Source of the DNA: Parcubacteria group bacterium
GTDB lineage: Bacteria; Patescibacteriota; Patescibacteriia; UBA11705; JABHMO01
Direction of reading: 5' to 3'
Assembly (NCBI GenBank): GCA_043797615.1
Contig: JAZDPK010000030.1
Coordinates: 9,067 to 73,066, forward strand
DNA length: 64,000 bases
A program made the position numbers and the translations under genes. Below the pieces are notes generated by a model. It was given only the letters and a program-made list of their open reading frames with translations. It did not search any database and was not told the DNA's origin. This document shows, piece by piece, positions 61,490 to 64,000 of the stretch; within the stretch, counting starts at the first letter, position 1; every line of letters starts with the position of its first letter.

Positions 61490-62464
61490 TTAGCTTTTAC
61501 TTAATGTCTTTAAATTTCTAAAGATATCTATCCCCACCGGACACGCTTTCACGCACCTACCGCATCCGACGCAGCCGTAGTATGAAAATTCTTCCGGAAT
61601 CCGAACAAACTTATGGAAATACCAGAAATACAATCGCTTGGCCACCGTGTCCAATTTTTTGAAGCCGCCGGCGATTTTGGAAAATTCCGGATAAAAACAG
61701 TTCGCCCAATGCCGTTCTTTTCTAACGCCGTTCAATTGCGGCTCGTCGACTTGATTGAAGCAAAAGCACGTCGGACAAACGATCGAGCATTTGCCGCATG
61801 CCAGGCAAATTTCCGATAATTCATTCCAGAGCTGATGCTTTTCATTGTTTTCAACGGCTTGGCGTCCGGCAATAATCCGCGGATTAACGCCTTGCTCCGG
61901 AACCAATCCGGCGAATTCGATATTTTCGTAATCTTTAACGTTATTTTTTTCCAAAAACTTCTGGCCTTTTTGCGTGCCGGAAAACAAAAGCAGATTCCCG
62001 TCCTTCTGTCTCTCGATAAAAACGTCAAACAGCAAATGCTCCAAAACGTTTTCCTCGTATTCCGGCTGAAAAACTTTATATTTGCGCAAATCGTTTTCAA
62101 TGCCGTTCGCGTAACCGACGATGATCATGTTTTGCCTTCTTTTTTGAAAATAAATATCCTTGGCGAAAACATGCTCGAACAAAGTGAACGCCCGCAGATC
62201 GAGAATGTTGATTCCCCAAACAACGGCTTTTTCTTTTTCAAATTTTTCCTTGAATATTCCGTCTTTAATGTGGAACATTGTTTCTCGCGGCGGCAGGAAA
62301 ATCGATTTGAACGGATAAGCCGGGATATCGCTTGACCAATCTATTTCCGAACCGTTTTTTATTTTTTCAACGAAAATTTGGCCGTCAGTTTTCACCGGCG
62401 CGTATACGATAAAATCATCGCGCAAAGTATTTGCGATCAATCTCTTGATTTCCGCTAATTTCAT
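61490..62464 (-). CDS. Hydrogenase beta subunit (4Fe-4S dicluster, AsrA-like)
   Basis: Contains CLACGKCSIVCPTCFC ... CVGCGRCVKACP. Confidence 0.85.
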   Translation of the reverse strand: MKLAEIKRLIANTLRDDFIVYAPVKTDGQIFVEKIKNGSEIDWSSDIPAYPFKSIFLPPRETMFHIKDGIFKEKFEKEKAVVWGINILDLRAFTLFEHVFAKDIYFQKRRQNMIIVGYANGIENDLRKYKVFQPEYEENVLEHLLFDVFIERQKDGNLLLFSGTQKGQKFLEKNNVKDYENIEFAGLVPEQGVNPRIIAGRQAVENNEKHQLWNELSEICLACGKCSIVCPTCFCFNQVDEPQLNGVRKERHWANCFYPEFSKIAGGFKKLDTVAKRLYFWYFHKFVRIPEEFSYYGCVGCGRCVKACPVGIDIFRNLKTLSKS

Positions 62465-62607
62465 ATGTGAAAATTATACCATGTTTTCATTGCAAAAAAA
62501 AGAAGCCCAGTGAATAACTGAGCCCGTCTAAACCACTATTTTACGTATAACTGACTTTAGCTATTTCTTAAAAAACTTAATCCTAAAATATTATGCGCGA
62601 AATAAAA

Positions 62608-63555
62608 TTATAATAACTTTTTGTTCATTTGAGCTTCTTTTAAGCGCCGCTGGGCAATTTCCGTGTATTCTTTACTAGTGTCGATGCCGATATAATTCAG
62701 CCCTAAATTTTGCGCCGCCACTGCTGTCGTTCCGCTTCCAACAAAAGGATCTAATACCAGGGCATGTTTGTAATAAGCGCATAACTTCAATATATGTTCG
62801 CATAAAGCGATAGGCTTCACGGTTTTATGATTATTATATTCGCCTTTTTCTTTTTTAGAAGGTTTGGCGATTAAAAAATATTTATCAATCATTCCATTCA
62901 TATCTCCTAAAGACAAAATATTTGCAGGAAACATATTAGCGCCAACTCTTACCTGAGTGTTCAATAAGCCGATTTTATACTTCAACATATTTGATAAAAA
63001 AGTTCCGTCCGTCGCCTTTTGCGCCATTATTATCGGTTCGTAGCAAGATTTTATTTGCGGCGTTTTCCATCCATTAAAATCATGTTTTATATTCTCTTTT
63101 TGTTGTTCATCCATATCTAATTTATCAATAAAATGATTTAGACTCATCGCTTTGGCTTGATTTTGAGTATATATCCATAGAAAACAGTCTCTAATCAAAA
63201 ATCCCGCATCATCAACTGCGCAAGCCATGCGATGATACAACCGCGGACTGGAAAAAGAAAAAAAATAGCCGCCTGGTTTCAAAACTCTTAACAGTTCCTT
63301 TGAAATCTGGTAATACCAATTATAAAAATTTTCGCCTTGTTTCCTGTCGAATTTCATTCCCGAGGGCAACGACTTGACCAATTGTTGATTTTTCTCGTTA
63401 TTCACCTTGTCATATTCCCAATTATTATCCAACTTATCTAAAAAATATGGCGGATCAGTTAAAACAACGTCAACGGAATTGCCAGGGAAACCCTTCATCA
63501 CATTCAAGGCGTCTCCCAGTATAATTTGATTGCGCTGATAATTATTTTTTTTCAT
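62608..63555 (-). CDS. Beta-class DNA methyltransferase (R-M system M subunit)
   Basis: VVLTDPPYF precedes DPFVGSGTT. It overlaps the upstream nuclease gene by 14 nt. Confidence 0.85.
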   Translation of the reverse strand: MKKNNYQRNQIILGDALNVMKGFPGNSVDVVLTDPPYFLDKLDNNWEYDKVNNEKNQQLVKSLPSGMKFDRKQGENFYNWYYQISKELLRVLKPGGYFFSFSSPRLYHRMACAVDDAGFLIRDCFLWIYTQNQAKAMSLNHFIDKLDMDEQQKENIKHDFNGWKTPQIKSCYEPIIMAQKATDGTFLSNMLKYKIGLLNTQVRVGANMFPANILSLGDMNGMIDKYFLIAKPSKKEKGEYNNHKTVKPIALCEHILKLCAYYKHALVLDPFVGSGTTAVAAQNLGLNYIGIDTSKEYTEIAQRRLKEAQMNKKLL

Positions 63556-63988
63556 AGGGATTTTTGCCTCTAAATTCCCGATGCAATAAACGATACACTT
63601 TCCATCTCACTTCTCGATCTGAATTTTTTATAAACGACGGTTTTGCTAACTTGATCACCCGCCCTCTTTCATCATAAACCCACCGATTCCGATCCGCGCG
63701 ATTGCACTTCTGGCATTGAGGAATAATATTGCCATAAATTAATGGCTTGTTTGGATCCATGTGCGACTTTTGCAGTTTCGTTTTTGTCTCCGGCCAATGG
63801 AAATTTGGTTGACCTTCTTTGGATCCGCATGTTACGCACCGATGGCCGTATTGCTGCTTAATATCGCCCCAATCACCAGTATCAGTAATGCGGTGACCAT
63901 GAAAAGCGGGGTAAGACCGCTCAAGTGTATAAAGTCGATATGCGCCTCTCGGCACTTCCAAGACGATATTATCTCTGCCACCAGCCAC
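63542..63988 (-). CDS. HNH/zinc-ribbon nuclease, a likely restriction endonuclease; the start is uncertain
   Basis: Contains CVTCGS...H...N...CQKCNRADRN. The frame stays open from the GTG at 63988 to the window edge at 64000, so the real start may lie outside the window. Confidence 0.6.
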   Translation of the reverse strand: MAGGRDNIVLEVPRGAYRLYTLERSYPAFHGHRITDTGDWGDIKQQYGHRCVTCGSKEGQPNFHWPETKTKLQKSHMDPNKPLIYGNIIPQCQKCNRADRNRWVYDERGRVIKLAKPSFIKNSDREVRWKVYRLLHREFRGKNPYEKK

Positions 63989-64000
63989 AATCCACCAACC

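Overview
This 64 kb window looks like a chromosomal segment of a small, streamlined bacterial genome. The gene content and style resemble a Patescibacteria/CPR-type organism, but that attribution is inference, not a search result. I call about 60 protein genes, most on the minus strand. I saw no rRNA, tRNA or CRISPR array.

Core content:
- Replication, repair and stress: priA (5' fragment), clpB behind a CIRCE operator, mutM, and a UvrD-like helicase/Fe-S nuclease interrupted by an intein.
- Translation and transcription: five aminoacyl-tRNA synthetases (gltX, serS, lysS, proS, metG), greA and rsmI.
- Cell envelope: mreBCD-pbp2, ftsQ and mltG.
- Housekeeping enzymes: tatD and rdgB.
- Energy metabolism: a lower-glycolysis block (two tandem gpmI paralogs, eno, pgk) sits directly next to a group-3b-type [NiFe] hydrogenase operon.
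- DNA modification: two beta-class DNA methyltransferases, one paired with an HNH nuclease at the right edge.

Most interesting signals:
1. A 1.1 kb gene desert (41.7-42.9 kb) holds an orphan, hairpin-dense, roughly 0.7 kb transcription unit. It has a perfect sigma70-type promoter and tandem terminators. Inside it are two paralogous 10-codon micro-ORFs (MSTLYPCPFL and MAYLYPVPFY), each behind an identical strong Shine-Dalgarno. They differ mostly by synonymous changes.
2. The helicase intein has a nested domain that looks GIY-YIG-like rather than LAGLIDADG or HNH.
3. Core genes lack a Shine-Dalgarno, while a set of unknown small genes carry consensus promoters plus strong SDs.
4. A small accessory island (8.1-10.6 kb) contains a strikingly GC-rich unknown gene and is bracketed by repeat elements.
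5. There are several families of intergenic palindromic, MITE-like or terminator repeats.
6. Two homopolymer-associated frame breaks occur. One lies on an A8 slippery run between tandem GGDEF genes.

All calls rest on reading the sequence and ORF translations plus remembered family motifs. No searches were run.
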